From Schizochytrium sp. TIO01 (lineage: Eukaryota > Protista > Bigyra: Labyrinthulomycetes): a stretch of DNA of 64,000 nt. Every line of letters begins with the position of its first letter. Position 1 is the first letter of the stretch. The stretch spans positions 6,926,761-6,990,760 of the forward strand of contig SMSO01000031.1 of assembly GCA_004764695.1 (NCBI GenBank), given 5' to 3'. A program made the translations under genes and the position numbers. Below the pieces are notes generated by a model. That model did not search any database, was not told where the DNA came from, and worked only from the letters and a program-made list of their open reading frames with translations. Shown here piece by piece: positions 11,601 through 23,187 of the stretch.

Positions 11601-14600
11601 ATGAGATGATTTGGGTGCAGAAACAACTTCACCCGAGACATACATTCGACGAATTCTTCTCTCCAAGGTCGCTCTTCCAAGGGACCTACGCCCTGAGCCA
11701 ATTAAACTTAAACTTGCAGCGAGAACGCGAGAATCCGGCATCCACATGACCCCGAGTTCTTACAAGTTTGCACAGCCGCAAACAAAAGAACTCACCACGC
11801 ACGCAAGAGCATCCATTGTCATTGTAGAGAAGCATGCATACACATGCTTTCTGTAAACTAAGTTAGTTCATCCACCCTACCGATGTGAATGGAACATGTG
11901 AAATGTGCAATGTTTACTCATTTATGTAATCCGGCAGGCTCAGCTAGCTGGTCAAAACGCCCAGCCAGCAGCGCCTGCTCGGTGGACCCCGCCTCGGCCT
12001 GCTTCCGTCCGACTGTCCCTTGTCGAAGCCAGCCAGCCTCTGCGATTGTGGCAGCAGTTCGTAGGTATCTGGAACCCCAAGTGGATAAATAAACCAACAA
12101 ACAAGAAGCAAATGTAATTTTCGCTTTATTTGAGCACCTGGGTCGCGCGTTTTTTATTAGTTTGTTTATTTTTATTATTTCTTTTTTATTAATTAATAAA
12201 AAATAAAATAAAATGAGGATTCGAGCAACCCTAGCTGAGCCTACGGCTCGCAATGTGGTTTAACTAAAAAGAAAAGAAAAAAGGTTTTAAATTAAATTGA
12301 ATTAACTTAAAATTAAATAAAAAACAGAGATAAAAATAAGAGATAAAAAAGGTAGCTTCTTGATTACCTACCTACCACTCATAACGAAAGCTTGGTTGGC
12401 GCCGCCTCCGACCAGTTCTGTTGCTCCTTTCGTGGGTGCCTATTTGGCCTGCTGACTGACTGCCAGGCCGACCGAACGCTCAGCTCTTGGGCTGCGCAGC
12501 TCTCTGTAGCAGGTTCTTTGTCACTCCTGGTGCTACCGGCCTGCTGCCACAATGACTGGCGTGTGGCTCCGCTTCTTGGCGTGGTACCTATGGAGTATGG
12601 CATGCGCCAATTATGATAGTTTTTTGTTTTTGTCTTTGTTTTTGTTTTTGTTTTTGTTTTTGTTTTAATTATTCTAATTGCCATTTTAAAAAGTATCCTA
12701 CATCACTATGACGCTATCTATGTTTCTTTCTAAACAGACCCACATACTATACAATTGTAAGAAAGAAAGAAAGAAAGAAAGAAAGGGCGAGAACTTGTTT
12801 AGTTGCCATAGATGGATAGGAGTTTGCCGTGAGTTTGCAGAAATCGCCACGGACAAGCAAACAAACAAACAAACAAACAAAGAAACCAACAAACACACGA
12901 CTTCAACAGGCAGATGGATGCGCTGCCTCTTGCAGCTACAAATTCCTATTTTCCTGAGGCCGAGTGCCGCAGCTTCCAAAGAGACAAAGTGAGCTCGAGG
13001 AGGTGGCGAAGAAATGTTTTCAGTGCGCTGCCTTGCAATCGATGCCTTCCTTTTGACACCACGAGTTCTTTTCTTCTTTGAAAAGAAAACAGGAATAAAA
13101 ATAAAAGTTAAAAGATGGCATGAACTAGCTACTGCTTACGTAGGGGTTCCTACGCTGACAATACGGCCGCAAAAAGAAATTACTAAGAGAGGAAACGTAT
13201 TACCAACTATAAGTTTAATTAATCAAAATAAAACAATACCACTGGTCCTGGAGGGAAAGAGGCGGTTATTTGCGCAAGTGGGTTATACACCCTACTATAG
13301 GGTATTTTGACATGTCACAAGTGAGTTATAGCCCCCACAAGTAGACTAAACCCCCCGCAAGTGAGTGCGCTGCGCTGCCTGCTATTTCTCTAAACTTGCT
13401 CACTTCGGCCTTCATCCTCCACGGTCGTGCGAAGCAGACTTGAGGATCAGATGGAGCTCTGTATCTTCAGGCCAACTCTTTGCTTCCTTGGCGCAGTCCG
13501 CGCCGCTGAGCCCCGCATCGCTTCAGGCGGTGCCTCATTCTCAGCGAGGGTGGATGGCACCATCCATTGATTGTCAGATGGCCATTTTTCTTTTTCATGC
13601 GCTGTCTCGCAATGCGTGTGGCTGTGAGGGTGTGTACAAAACCATCGACTATGAAAGCGGGACTGCTTCCACCCTTATCGACTTCTTCGCTGCCGCTTTG
13701 AGTTCTGTTTGATTGATCTTATTACCTTCAGTCCAAACGAATCCTCAGAACTAAATCCTCGAACCGACTTGAAGCAGGTTCTGCTGATCCGAGGATAAGG
13801 GTCGAGGGAACCCCACACCAGTCAGTATGTAAGTATGTATGTATGTAAGTAAGTAAGTAAGCAATTCAGGCAAGCAGCAGCTCAAGCAATGCATCAATCG
13901 ACCAATGCGATGGTCGATGGGTGGGTGGATGGGTGTGTGGATTGCCCAGTTGTTTGATCAGGCTTGGCCGCCTGTGTCAGTCAGTGGCAGGCAGCTTTGG
14001 CTGAATCAGGCACCAGGAATTCGTATCGTAGTTCCACGCAATCTTAAGCAGCAGGAATTAAGGAGTCGCGAGTTGTTAGTATGAACATAAACAGACAGAA
14101 TCACACCGCAATAATCACGGTGACCAAATATATATCAGAATAAAGAATAAATAAAAATGAAAAGGACTGCGATATTGCAGTATTGCAGTATTTTCATTTC
14201 TCTTTTAATTAAAATGATATAAAAAAATGAAAATTGAAAAATAAAACTTTATTAACAAAGGATCAGACGAAATAATAAGTGGTCGCGAGGACGTTTTGCT
14301 TATAAGTACTAGTGTGGCAAAGGGCAAAGTGAAACAAGAGCAGTTTTATACTGCAGATATGGTTTGCGAGCTGTAGCAAATTGACAACACGTGTCAATTA
14401 ATTCCTAGTTTGCTCTGGTGCATTGCATTGGCTTCTTACAAATATCTGAGCATGTTTTGGCAGTCTGTATCGTCTAATATTGTTGAGCAAGCCTCTGAGG
14501 ATCATTCGCTCATTTCCGGGTTGAGGTATAGCAATTGATTCAAGATCATCTGATCAGAACTAGCTTGCTCTGCAAATGCCAACGTGCATTCATCACTAGT

Positions 14601-15810
14601 TCCACGGTATCGTGAACATTCAATGCCGGAGAACTTCTAAGCTCGGCAACTCGAAGCTTTTGTTTGTCATAGGAATACATACTTACCTACATTGCTCCTC
14701 TTCAGTCAAAGAAAGTGGAACCAAGAATAACAACTTTATAGGAAGGAGAGAGGAGGCCTATCTCATTTCCGCAGTTCTAGCTCCTGTTGCGTCGCCATTG
14801 TTGCTCGCAGAAGAGAGAGGTCGTATCAAAAGGCATGCGTGTTCCTGTTGGCAGGACTGTGCGACGTTTTCGAGATATAGCTCTGGCTTTGCATGGCCTC
14901 GAGCCATTTGAAGATGGCTTCAAATTCTTTTTTATGAAGATGAGTTCCAGTTCAACTTGCATTTTTAATTTTTTAATTAAAGAAAGAATAGAGGCAAAAA
15001 AGCAAAGGAAATAAGCAAAAAAAAAGGGGGAATAAAAAATGAATGGATTATCGTGAGCTTTCAGATTGGCATTCACATATTCTGAAAATCTAAAGGACTG
15101 AGCACGAGATAATATGATGAAATAGATTGCCGTGGCCATTCTGGCCCTGCTGTAAACGATCTCAAAGTGATACCTCTCAGTTCTATCCCGAGAGCAGAAG
15201 CTCAACTAAAATGTTGTGAGTAGGCACGTAGCAGCTTAAAAAAAATATTAATGCGTGAATTTTAGGACAACTGAAAGTCCAAACTCAAGCTTCGCCCTGT
15301 GGCCCATCCGCCCAGAGCCCTCCACGCTTGAGCTTGCAAAGCTTGGGAAATCGCAAGAGATGCCTCATAGCGATGGTAACGGTCTTGGTCTTAAACGTCT
15401 CCACCGTCAGGCATGCTACGGCTGAGTATCGAGGTGCCATTTGTTCGTGGGCATCGCCAGACCTTACGCAATCCATTAACCTTCTCCTCAGAGTAACGCA
15501 TACTACAAACTACAAGGCGCTACATGGAGGAGATGCCACCCTTTACAACAAAACAACACATAGCAACACTGTAACCATAGGCCAGCTAGCGTAGACCCGC
15601 GTGAACGATCATTCGGTCCCTCCTTTGAGACGCCGCTCACTCCACTCGAAGCAGCGATTTATTCCAAAATGGAAACAACTTCTTGGAAAGCTGCTTAGTT
15701 TCTGAGCTCCTTTCAGAAGATGGTTTAAGCCGCCTTGGTCACCAGGTACAGCAATTATGCACTACCTACCTACTCCAACACCGTCACCAGATACATAACT
15801 GTGCATAGGC

Positions 15811-15912
15811 TTTGTTTGTTTGTTTATTTGTTTGTTTGTTTGTTTGTTTGTTTGTTTGTTTGTTTGTTTGTTTGTTTGTTTGTTTGTTTGTTTATCTGTT
15901 TATTTATTTATT
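15811..15912. repeat. (TTTG)n/(TTTA)n microsatellite
   Basis: Direct inspection. Confidence 0.95.
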
Positions 15913-16542
15913 CGTATGGATACGTGAATGCAGCGACAGGAATGCCTGATAGGAGTTATTCATCCGCAAGCCGAGAGAACTAAGTCATCCATCATCAATC
16001 GCAGACAGCAGATTGACCTCGATAGCACAGGCCTTCTACAGCTTCTACAAGTACCAGAAGTAAGAGCGTCGAGGCGCCTCATCAATTATGGAATATACGC
16101 GCAGGTACCTAATGCTTATTAATTGTTTGTTATATAGCAGGGTTTTTAATGTTTGGTTTCCCTCTCACTCTCACTTTCGCTATTCTATTTTATAACAAAA
16201 ATGTTTCTGTGTTTCTAAAAGTCATGGGAGATCGATGTTTTGATTTTAGATTAAAAAACACTTAGAGTTCTAAATAACTCGAGGTAAAGAAAGAAAGGTA
16301 TGAACACACGTATAAACAATAATTAAACAAGTAAAAGAATTGAATAAGACGCTTAGTAGTCTACTATGAAGGCTGTATCGTTAATTAATTATCTTTCATG
16401 TTTAAGAAGGAGAAAGAAAAAGAATTGTAGTAAGAAGAGAATGATTTTGTTTTTTGTTTGTTTTAGTTTGTTCCTGTTAAAAACGTTTTCATTGACAAAG
16501 TTGTTATAAATCTGCGTTTTGATACATGATACAAATTAAATG

Positions 16543-18442
16543 AGCACCAGGAGAGAGACTTGAGAGGACCCGACAGACCCCGAAGAGGCGAGCGAGCAGA
16601 GCCAGCTGCAGTGCCTTCTGCCGCCCAAACAGCCCGAGTAGGACCCACCTGGCGAGGAGTGGAACCTCTGCTAGGCCCAGGCCCATCTCCCCGCCCCAGT
16701 CTCTGCTGGGCCTGCGCGACCTCCGCTCGTTCACTCGTCCATTCGATCTCTCGATTCTCTTTCATTCTCTGTTTTCTCCTGCTCTTTTCAAAGTCATCCA
16801 TTCACCCATTCAATCCTCTCGACCCCGCTCGACTCCGTTCCGTGCCGCTGGACTGCGAGCAGGCGAGGGGACGCGCCGCCGCTTGAAACTACGAGCTACC
16901 TGCAGGATCCTGCGCGTAGAAGGCAGCTCTCGTTTGCATCGGCGGTCTTGTTGGCTGGAGAGATTGATTGGTTTCATCGTCCTTTCCAGGCACTGGAGGG
17001 GACCTCGCGACCGCACTGTCTGCAGCTCGAAGGAGCCCGCTGTGCTGCGCAGAGGCGCTGCGCAGAGGACCTAGGGGATCCCAGGGGCCCAGTTCCGCTG
17101 CCGCAGGGCGCCGCACGGACCGCAGGACCCTCCCGCCGACCGCTGCGAGCTAGAAGATCCCGCCGTTCATTCATTTCCTTTTCCCTCTTCTTCGAGTCAT
17201 TCGTTCGTTCATTCTTTCTTTCTTTCTTTCTCTCTCTCTCTCTTTCTTCCTCTCTCTTTCTCGTGTAATAAATAAAGTGAGCGATAGATTGGTTGGAACT
17301 AACTATTATTGAGTTTGTCGATCGATCAATCAATCGATCAATCAATCAATCGATCAATAGTTCGGATAGATAGATAGATTGCGTAGAACGATAAATTGCT
17401 TGTTTTGAGGGAGGGATTCAGAGTCTCTTCAGGGCGCGCTTCGTGAGAGCACCTTGCGAGGGCTCGCTTGCTGTCGTGGAATCGCTGCAAGGGACCGAGT
17501 CCAGGGCGATTGACTGGCTGGTTGGTTTGCTCTTGTAAAAGAGGAGTTCCATTGGTTGCGGAGACCGGGTAATTAAACTAAAGAAACAGAAAATCACGTT
17601 TTGACTGGATCTGACTGGTGGAGATTGACGCAGAGGAAGCCACACGCGGTTGCGGAATCCGCCTCTCGGAGCTTTGTAACGCAGTTAGAAGTATTCAGAA
17701 TTCTGCCTCGTTTCAACGATCGGGTTCTTGGACTGGACTGAGATTGGGTTCTACGGACTCGGTTTATATAGAATAAATATTAGGCTGGAGTTCTGCCTCT
17801 CTCCGTGGAGCTATAACTCGCCAAGCGTTGAGAGTACTTAAGAGTTCTAGAAGTGTTCCGGAACTGGAGAAAGAAGGCACCGCCAAGACACCACGTGAAG
17901 TCCGCGTGGAGAACGGGAATTTCATAAATAGTTGGGTAGTTAGTATCAGCTAGGGACGGATTTGTTCAGATATTCCCGCTGGAACCACCAAGGATCTCTT
18001 CGACTCACACGTGTACTCTCCATTGGTGCCAACCGATTAGAACTAGGCTGGACAAGTGTATTAGTCGCGACGGGATCAGTAAGAACAGCAGCACCAGCTG
18101 CAGTAGCGGCAACACCAATACAATACGAAGAAAAAAGCACAAAGGCATCGTTTGGTGGGTGGACATTTTGTTTGCCGGCAGTTCTTGAACGTTTAAAAAC
18201 CATCGTCGTTTGGCATCTTCGAATCATACTTTTTGAGGCTCATTCACCTGGTCAAAATCAACTGTCTGCGTAGCTGCTGTGTCCATTCTCCCTCTTCTCA
18301 CTTTCTTGGAATTCGTTTGTCCTTTCTTTTCTTTTTCTTTTAGGTTTATAACTCTGGATCGGAGGAAAGATCGTCATCCAAAAATTGCTCACTTCCGGTA
18401 CATACAACTAGAAACTCCCCGTCGCAAAATTATATCGCACTC
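16543..18442 (+). promoter_or_regulatory. Putative very long AUG-free 5' leader of the AGC kinase gene
   Basis: No ATG on + between 16540-16542 and the kinase start at 18443, while CAT is common. The stretch begins at a GC-rich island. Confidence 0.55.
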
Positions 18443-20092
18443 ATGATGACTACAAATAAACGACCTTTACCTGCGTCGTTGACGTTCAACGGCGCATCGC
18501 CTTTGAAAAAGGATACTTTTGTCCAGGATCACTTGGGCAAATCTTCGTTGGATGAACCCCTTCACGATAACTCAAACACTATGCCTTCACCAACTAATCT
18601 CGGTGTTAATCAGCAAGAACAGTATCAACCCCATGAGCATGCACCAGATTCGACAGAGGCAGTTGCAGCTGCTGCAGCGCGCAGCATGGCTACTCGCAAG
18701 GTAACAAATCGCGACTTCAAAAGAATTATGACTCTTGGAACAGGTTCTTTTGCACAAGTTGTATTGGTGCAATCTCGTCTTCGCGCGGACCAAGGCAAAC
18801 TTTATGCCATGAAAGTTTTGGACACTCAGAAAATTATCAAGCAGAAGCAACAAGTACATACAATGACCGAACGCAGCGTTCTCGGTCAGACTTCCAACCA
18901 TCCCTTCATTGTCTCGCTCAAATATGCCTACCGAACACCCACAACTTTGAACCTTGTCATGGACTTTTGTAGTGGAGGCGAGCTGTATTTTCATCTCTCC
19001 CGTGTTGGACGCTTTTCCGAAGCACGCGCCAAATTTTATACTGCTGAACTTGTTCTTGCTCTGGAGCACCTGCACTCATTTGACATTGTCTACCGTGATC
19101 TTAAACCAGAAAATGTCCTCATTGCTAGCGATGGTCATATTATGCTCGCTGACTTTGGTCTCTCCAAGGAAGGCATTCGTGATTGTACAAACGGCACAGA
19201 TACTTTTTGTGGTACTCCAGAGTATCTCGCTCCTGAGGTCCTCTTTCGTACAGGACACGGTACAGCTGTTGATTGGTGGAGTCTTGGTATTCTTTTGTAC
19301 GAAATGCTCACAAGTCTCCCACCATGGTATTCTAAAAATCGGCACGAGATGTTTGATGGAATCTGCCGGCGGGATCTCGTTTTTCCTGATCCTGCCAAGC
19401 TCCACATCTCCTCCGAGGCAAAAGATCTTATTCGTGGATTATTGCAAAAAGACCCTCATGTACGTCTCGGTTCCGGTCCGATCGAGATGATCAAATGTCA
19501 TGCATTCTTTTCAGATGTGGACCTTGAAGCTGTTCTGGCAAAGGCTGTCCCAGTGCCATGGAAACCTGACCAAGGCAAAATTTACTTCGACGAGGTCTAT
19601 ACCCAGCTGCCCTTTGATCTTGGTCAGTCAAAATCATCGCGAAACGGCCAAATTGGAAAGCCACCTCTGGCACCTGGTGCCTCTGCCTCTCCGGTGAGCA
19701 TGCGTGACGAGATGATGGCAGCTTCTCCTCTCTATCCGTCCAGTTTTATGGAGCGTGCATTCAGTGGTTTTAGCTACACAGATCCTAATGCTTTACCTTC
19801 TGTTTCGCCTCACAGTCTTGCTAGCAATGGATGCGGCAGTATTGGAAGTTCTCGAATTGCTCGTTCTGTTGCATCTCATTTTGCTGAGCGCCCTCCCACT
19901 GCAGATTCCACAATCTCAACAACCCCGCCAAATCCCCATCACCATCATGCAAATGGACATTATCAATCCTCCCTGCACCATGTCACCAACCACACTGCAG
20001 ACTCAAACCATGCTCATCAAGGTGCTGAGGATTTCGCTGGTGGTGACGATGACTGCCTTGGTCAATTCTCACTTGAGTTGGAAGAAATGTAA
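18443..20092 (+). CDS. AGC-family Ser/Thr protein kinase (SGK/PKB/S6K-like, no PH domain)
   Basis: GTGSFA loop, YAMK, YRDLKPEN, DFGLSK, TFCGTPEYLAPE, VDWWSLG, C-tail YFD and hydrophobic motif FSGFSY; 549 aa. Confidence 0.95.
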   Translation: MMTTNKRPLPASLTFNGASPLKKDTFVQDHLGKSSLDEPLHDNSNTMPSPTNLGVNQQEQYQPHEHAPDSTEAVAAAAARSMATRKVTNRDFKRIMTLGTGSFAQVVLVQSRLRADQGKLYAMKVLDTQKIIKQKQQVHTMTERSVLGQTSNHPFIVSLKYAYRTPTTLNLVMDFCSGGELYFHLSRVGRFSEARAKFYTAELVLALEHLHSFDIVYRDLKPENVLIASDGHIMLADFGLSKEGIRDCTNGTDTFCGTPEYLAPEVLFRTGHGTAVDWWSLGILLYEMLTSLPPWYSKNRHEMFDGICRRDLVFPDPAKLHISSEAKDLIRGLLQKDPHVRLGSGPIEMIKCHAFFSDVDLEAVLAKAVPVPWKPDQGKIYFDEVYTQLPFDLGQSKSSRNGQIGKPPLAPGASASPVSMRDEMMAASPLYPSSFMERAFSGFSYTDPNALPSVSPHSLASNGCGSIGSSRIARSVASHFAERPPTADSTISTTPPNPHHHHANGHYQSSLHHVTNHTADSNHAHQGAEDFAGGDDDCLGQFSLELEEM

Positions 20093-21075
20093 AATCGTTT
20101 ATCATATCTTTAGCCAGTCTCATACATATATAAAAGATATTTTTTTAGATCAAAATCCTCCAGAATCCAACAGGCGTACAACAAGAGAAAATAAGTTCAA
20201 GAAAAGGGCATTGGTTTTTCATGTGTTGCGCAGCTTATTGCCGTGTCCATCATATCTGTAAGGATGACAATTGCAAAGTCCTTTCCTGTCTCTGTTGGCG
20301 CTCACGAGTTCAGCACAGCAACTACATACGTCGTACAGTTCCCATTTCACTAAACCATCTTCAGCACTTGGAGATAAATTCATTATGATCTTGGTGAATC
20401 TTGCTAACTTTCCCTCAAAAGCATATGCAATGAATAATACTTTCAGAAGAAAAGAAATTACGCATTGCGTGTCTAATTTGTTTTCCTGGAGTTTTTCAGG
20501 ATCTTGAAAATTTTCCACGCTGGAGTTCTGACATTGTGAAGAATGATCTAGATATTCATATTTTAACTTTTGGAAATCGGCAAATTGAGGTTAGAGATGG
20601 CTCCGATAGTCATCAAGGATGTAAGAACGTCGAAGTTATTTTGAAAAGGAGTCAAATAATATCTTAATCTGAATCTTTAAAATATGGCAAAGATAGACAT
20701 TTGCGTTCTTCAAGAGTTCTTGAAAAAAAAAAATGCATTTTGTTTCGGTCTTAATTGTTCGAGCGTATCGATCTTTTTGTCAAGCGTAAGCACCAACAAT
20801 GGACAGTGAAAAGTGATATAAGTAAATCTTGTTTTGCTGACATAGACGGAAAAATCGCCTTTGTGCAATCGAGAAAATGGGTGAATAGGTACATGTCTCG
20901 GCGGCTGCAGATTAAAGAGTAGCCCCAGAGAGATACGAGAAAAGAAATAATCCGAAGACAGGGTGAACAACAGCGCTCCTTTTGGTAGGCATTGACGTAG
21001 CAATGTTGATAGGGACGATTTAGTGCAGCCTTGGCATATAATTGCCGCGTGAGGTTACCGCCTTCAAGCTACATC

Positions 21076-23187
21076 TTAGGCCGTATTGCTGGTGGCACTT
21101 GCAGCACTACTGCGAGTTTCAATCTGGCTACTACTAGCATTTGTAGTGTTTCCAGAAGCAGCTGTGACATTTCCAGGAGTTGTTGAGGAGCTCTCATCCT
21201 GGCCAGACGCCGAGTCTGTCTGCGAGGAAGTTGAGGAGGAGGAGGAGTTGCTAGTTGCAGTGGTGGCTACAGCAGAATTAAGAGTAACGGAAGGGGCTGG
21301 TGCAGGTGCCGATTCTGTGTTCGTTGAATCCATCTGTGACGAGGAGGAGGAAGAAGAAGATGAAGACGAAGACGAAGAGGAGGAGCTCGCAATAACCACT
21401 GGGCGCGCAGACGATGCAGAGTTCACAATCGCAACAGGTACGGATGACACTGCGTCTGGTGCTTTATCTCTCGAGTAGGCAAAAGACGGAGCTGAAGTCA
21501 CGCCATGACGAGGAGGCAACGGTTGCTGTTGAGCCGGGGAGTGAAGACCGTGACAAATAGGCACTCGGGGAGCAATCTGGCGAGTTGTACGAGGGCGCTT
21601 CTTTGGAGGATTGCTGAGGTCCACGACCGAATCAAGAATCTCGCGCATCAGATTGGCATCGAGACGTGCGTAATCCTCAGAGACTTCGCTAATAATTTTG
21701 ATATTTTCGGATATAAAATGGAGAGCGTGGCGCTTGAGCTCCGGAGCATGTGAAGCATCCGCAACGTTCAGAACACTAGCAGCATTATGCACTGTCAGGC
21801 CCCGGGCCAGTGTTACGGTGCAAAGACTTTTCAGGCTCTGCACATCGTAGCGATTAGCGAGCACCAGTAAGTCTGGAGCAAGGTGGAGCTGCGAAGGCTC
21901 AATAGAATCTGTATACATGAACTGCACAAAAGCATGCAGGGCATCGGGGTCAACTTCTTTGACCTCGACAATGTTATTTTGCGATTCGCGCAATTTAGAG
22001 CTAAACATTGCGTCGAAGACAATGCTTCGAGCAGCAAGAACCACACGATGGACTTTGATAATCTGATTTTCACAGTGGAGCTCCACATCAGTGTACTTGC
22101 CAGCTTTGTATAGTTCGGCGAGAGATCTCGCGAGTTGCGGTTGATATGCGCTTAGTGCTAAATCTCTAGCCTTGGAGTCTTGGCGGTTGATGTGTTCAAG
22201 CAGGAGGTCGCGGATTAGTTCGAGGCGTTTAGTAACGTCGTTAGCAATGACCTCTGCACCCCTCGTGATCTCAATGAATTGTAGCACAAGACCAAGGGAG
22301 TCGTAACCCTCCGGAAAGAACGACTTGGTTTTCCCAGCTGCTGTCTGCAGGTACCATTCCCCTTTATAGCGACAGACCTTTTCGATATCTGCGCCATAAT
22401 CAAGCAAGGTAGTGATGAAGTCTTTCACAAAGTCTGCAGTTTGAATACCATTGCGACCTTCTGATCCCTTCCACGTGGGCATCTCCAAAATCGCCAGGTG
22501 CAGTGCCGTGCCGCCTTGTCTTTGCTCTCCATCCATGTCATACATGTTGATGTTTATGTCGCGGTGCTCGAGCAGGCACTTGACGGTGTTGAGATCACCG
22601 ACCGTAATGGCTTGCCAAAAAGATTTTTGTGACGCATTTGCTTTGCCGCTGGAGACTGCTGCACTGATGATCCCGTCATGCTCAGCCTCGAGCTGCTGTG
22701 CATGCGCGTGAACTGCGTGGTGAATTTGAGCATCTACGGCTGCAGACACGTGCTGCATTTGCTGAGCCGTTGGTTCTTGCGGCGCGGACGTTGCGTGTTG
22801 GATCGCCATGGTTCTGGAACCCAGACTCCCCGGCGCGTGCGCATGGATGGGCTGCATGGCGGTGTTCTGGTCCTGGGAGTGCTCCTGCAGGTCCGCAGAT
22901 TCCTCCAAATTTGCAGCGTCTGATGAATTCGAAGAACTCGACGCCCCTTGCAAAATCAATTCTGAATTCGCGTTTCGATTCGAGTCCGGCAGCTGGTCTC
23001 CGCTAGTTTCTCCGTTCCGAATTTCTTCTTCTTCTTGATCTCGCAGTTCCCGAGCCCCTCGAATTACCTGCTCTTGTCCTTGTTGAGCTCCTCTTGCTCC
23101 TTCTCGCTGCTCTCGTGTGCTGCCCTCTCGCCCTTGCTCCCCAAGACCCAGTTCTTCTTCGGATGCCACGTGGGGGCCGCTGCTCAT
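21076..23187 (-). CDS. Ankyrin-repeat + BTB/POZ (SPOP-type, with BACK-like helices) protein, probable Cul3 adaptor
   Basis: Ankyrin-like AITVGDLNTVKCLLEH..DININ..GGTALHLA..LLDYGADIE; BTB YTDVELHC..VHRVVLAARSIVFDAMF..FVQFMYTD..LLVLANRYDVQSLKSLC; NLS-like PKKRPR; Ser-rich tail. First in-frame ATG at 23187. Confidence 0.9.
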   Translation of the reverse strand: MSSGPHVASEEELGLGEQGREGSTREQREGARGAQQGQEQVIRGARELRDQEEEEIRNGETSGDQLPDSNRNANSELILQGASSSSNSSDAANLEESADLQEHSQDQNTAMQPIHAHAPGSLGSRTMAIQHATSAPQEPTAQQMQHVSAAVDAQIHHAVHAHAQQLEAEHDGIISAAVSSGKANASQKSFWQAITVGDLNTVKCLLEHRDININMYDMDGEQRQGGTALHLAILEMPTWKGSEGRNGIQTADFVKDFITTLLDYGADIEKVCRYKGEWYLQTAAGKTKSFFPEGYDSLGLVLQFIEITRGAEVIANDVTKRLELIRDLLLEHINRQDSKARDLALSAYQPQLARSLAELYKAGKYTDVELHCENQIIKVHRVVLAARSIVFDAMFSSKLRESQNNIVEVKEVDPDALHAFVQFMYTDSIEPSQLHLAPDLLVLANRYDVQSLKSLCTVTLARGLTVHNAASVLNVADASHAPELKRHALHFISENIKIISEVSEDYARLDANLMREILDSVVDLSNPPKKRPRTTRQIAPRVPICHGLHSPAQQQPLPPRHGVTSAPSFAYSRDKAPDAVSSVPVAIVNSASSARPVVIASSSSSSSSSSSSSSSSSQMDSTNTESAPAPAPSVTLNSAVATTATSNSSSSSTSSQTDSASGQDESSSTTPGNVTAASGNTTNASSSQIETRSSAASATSNTA

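Noticed and set aside
14679-14689. ATACTTACCT resembling the U1 snRNA 5' end
   Set aside because: No U1 stem-loops or Sm site follow. It is simply the complement of a donor-like AG|GTAAGTAT.
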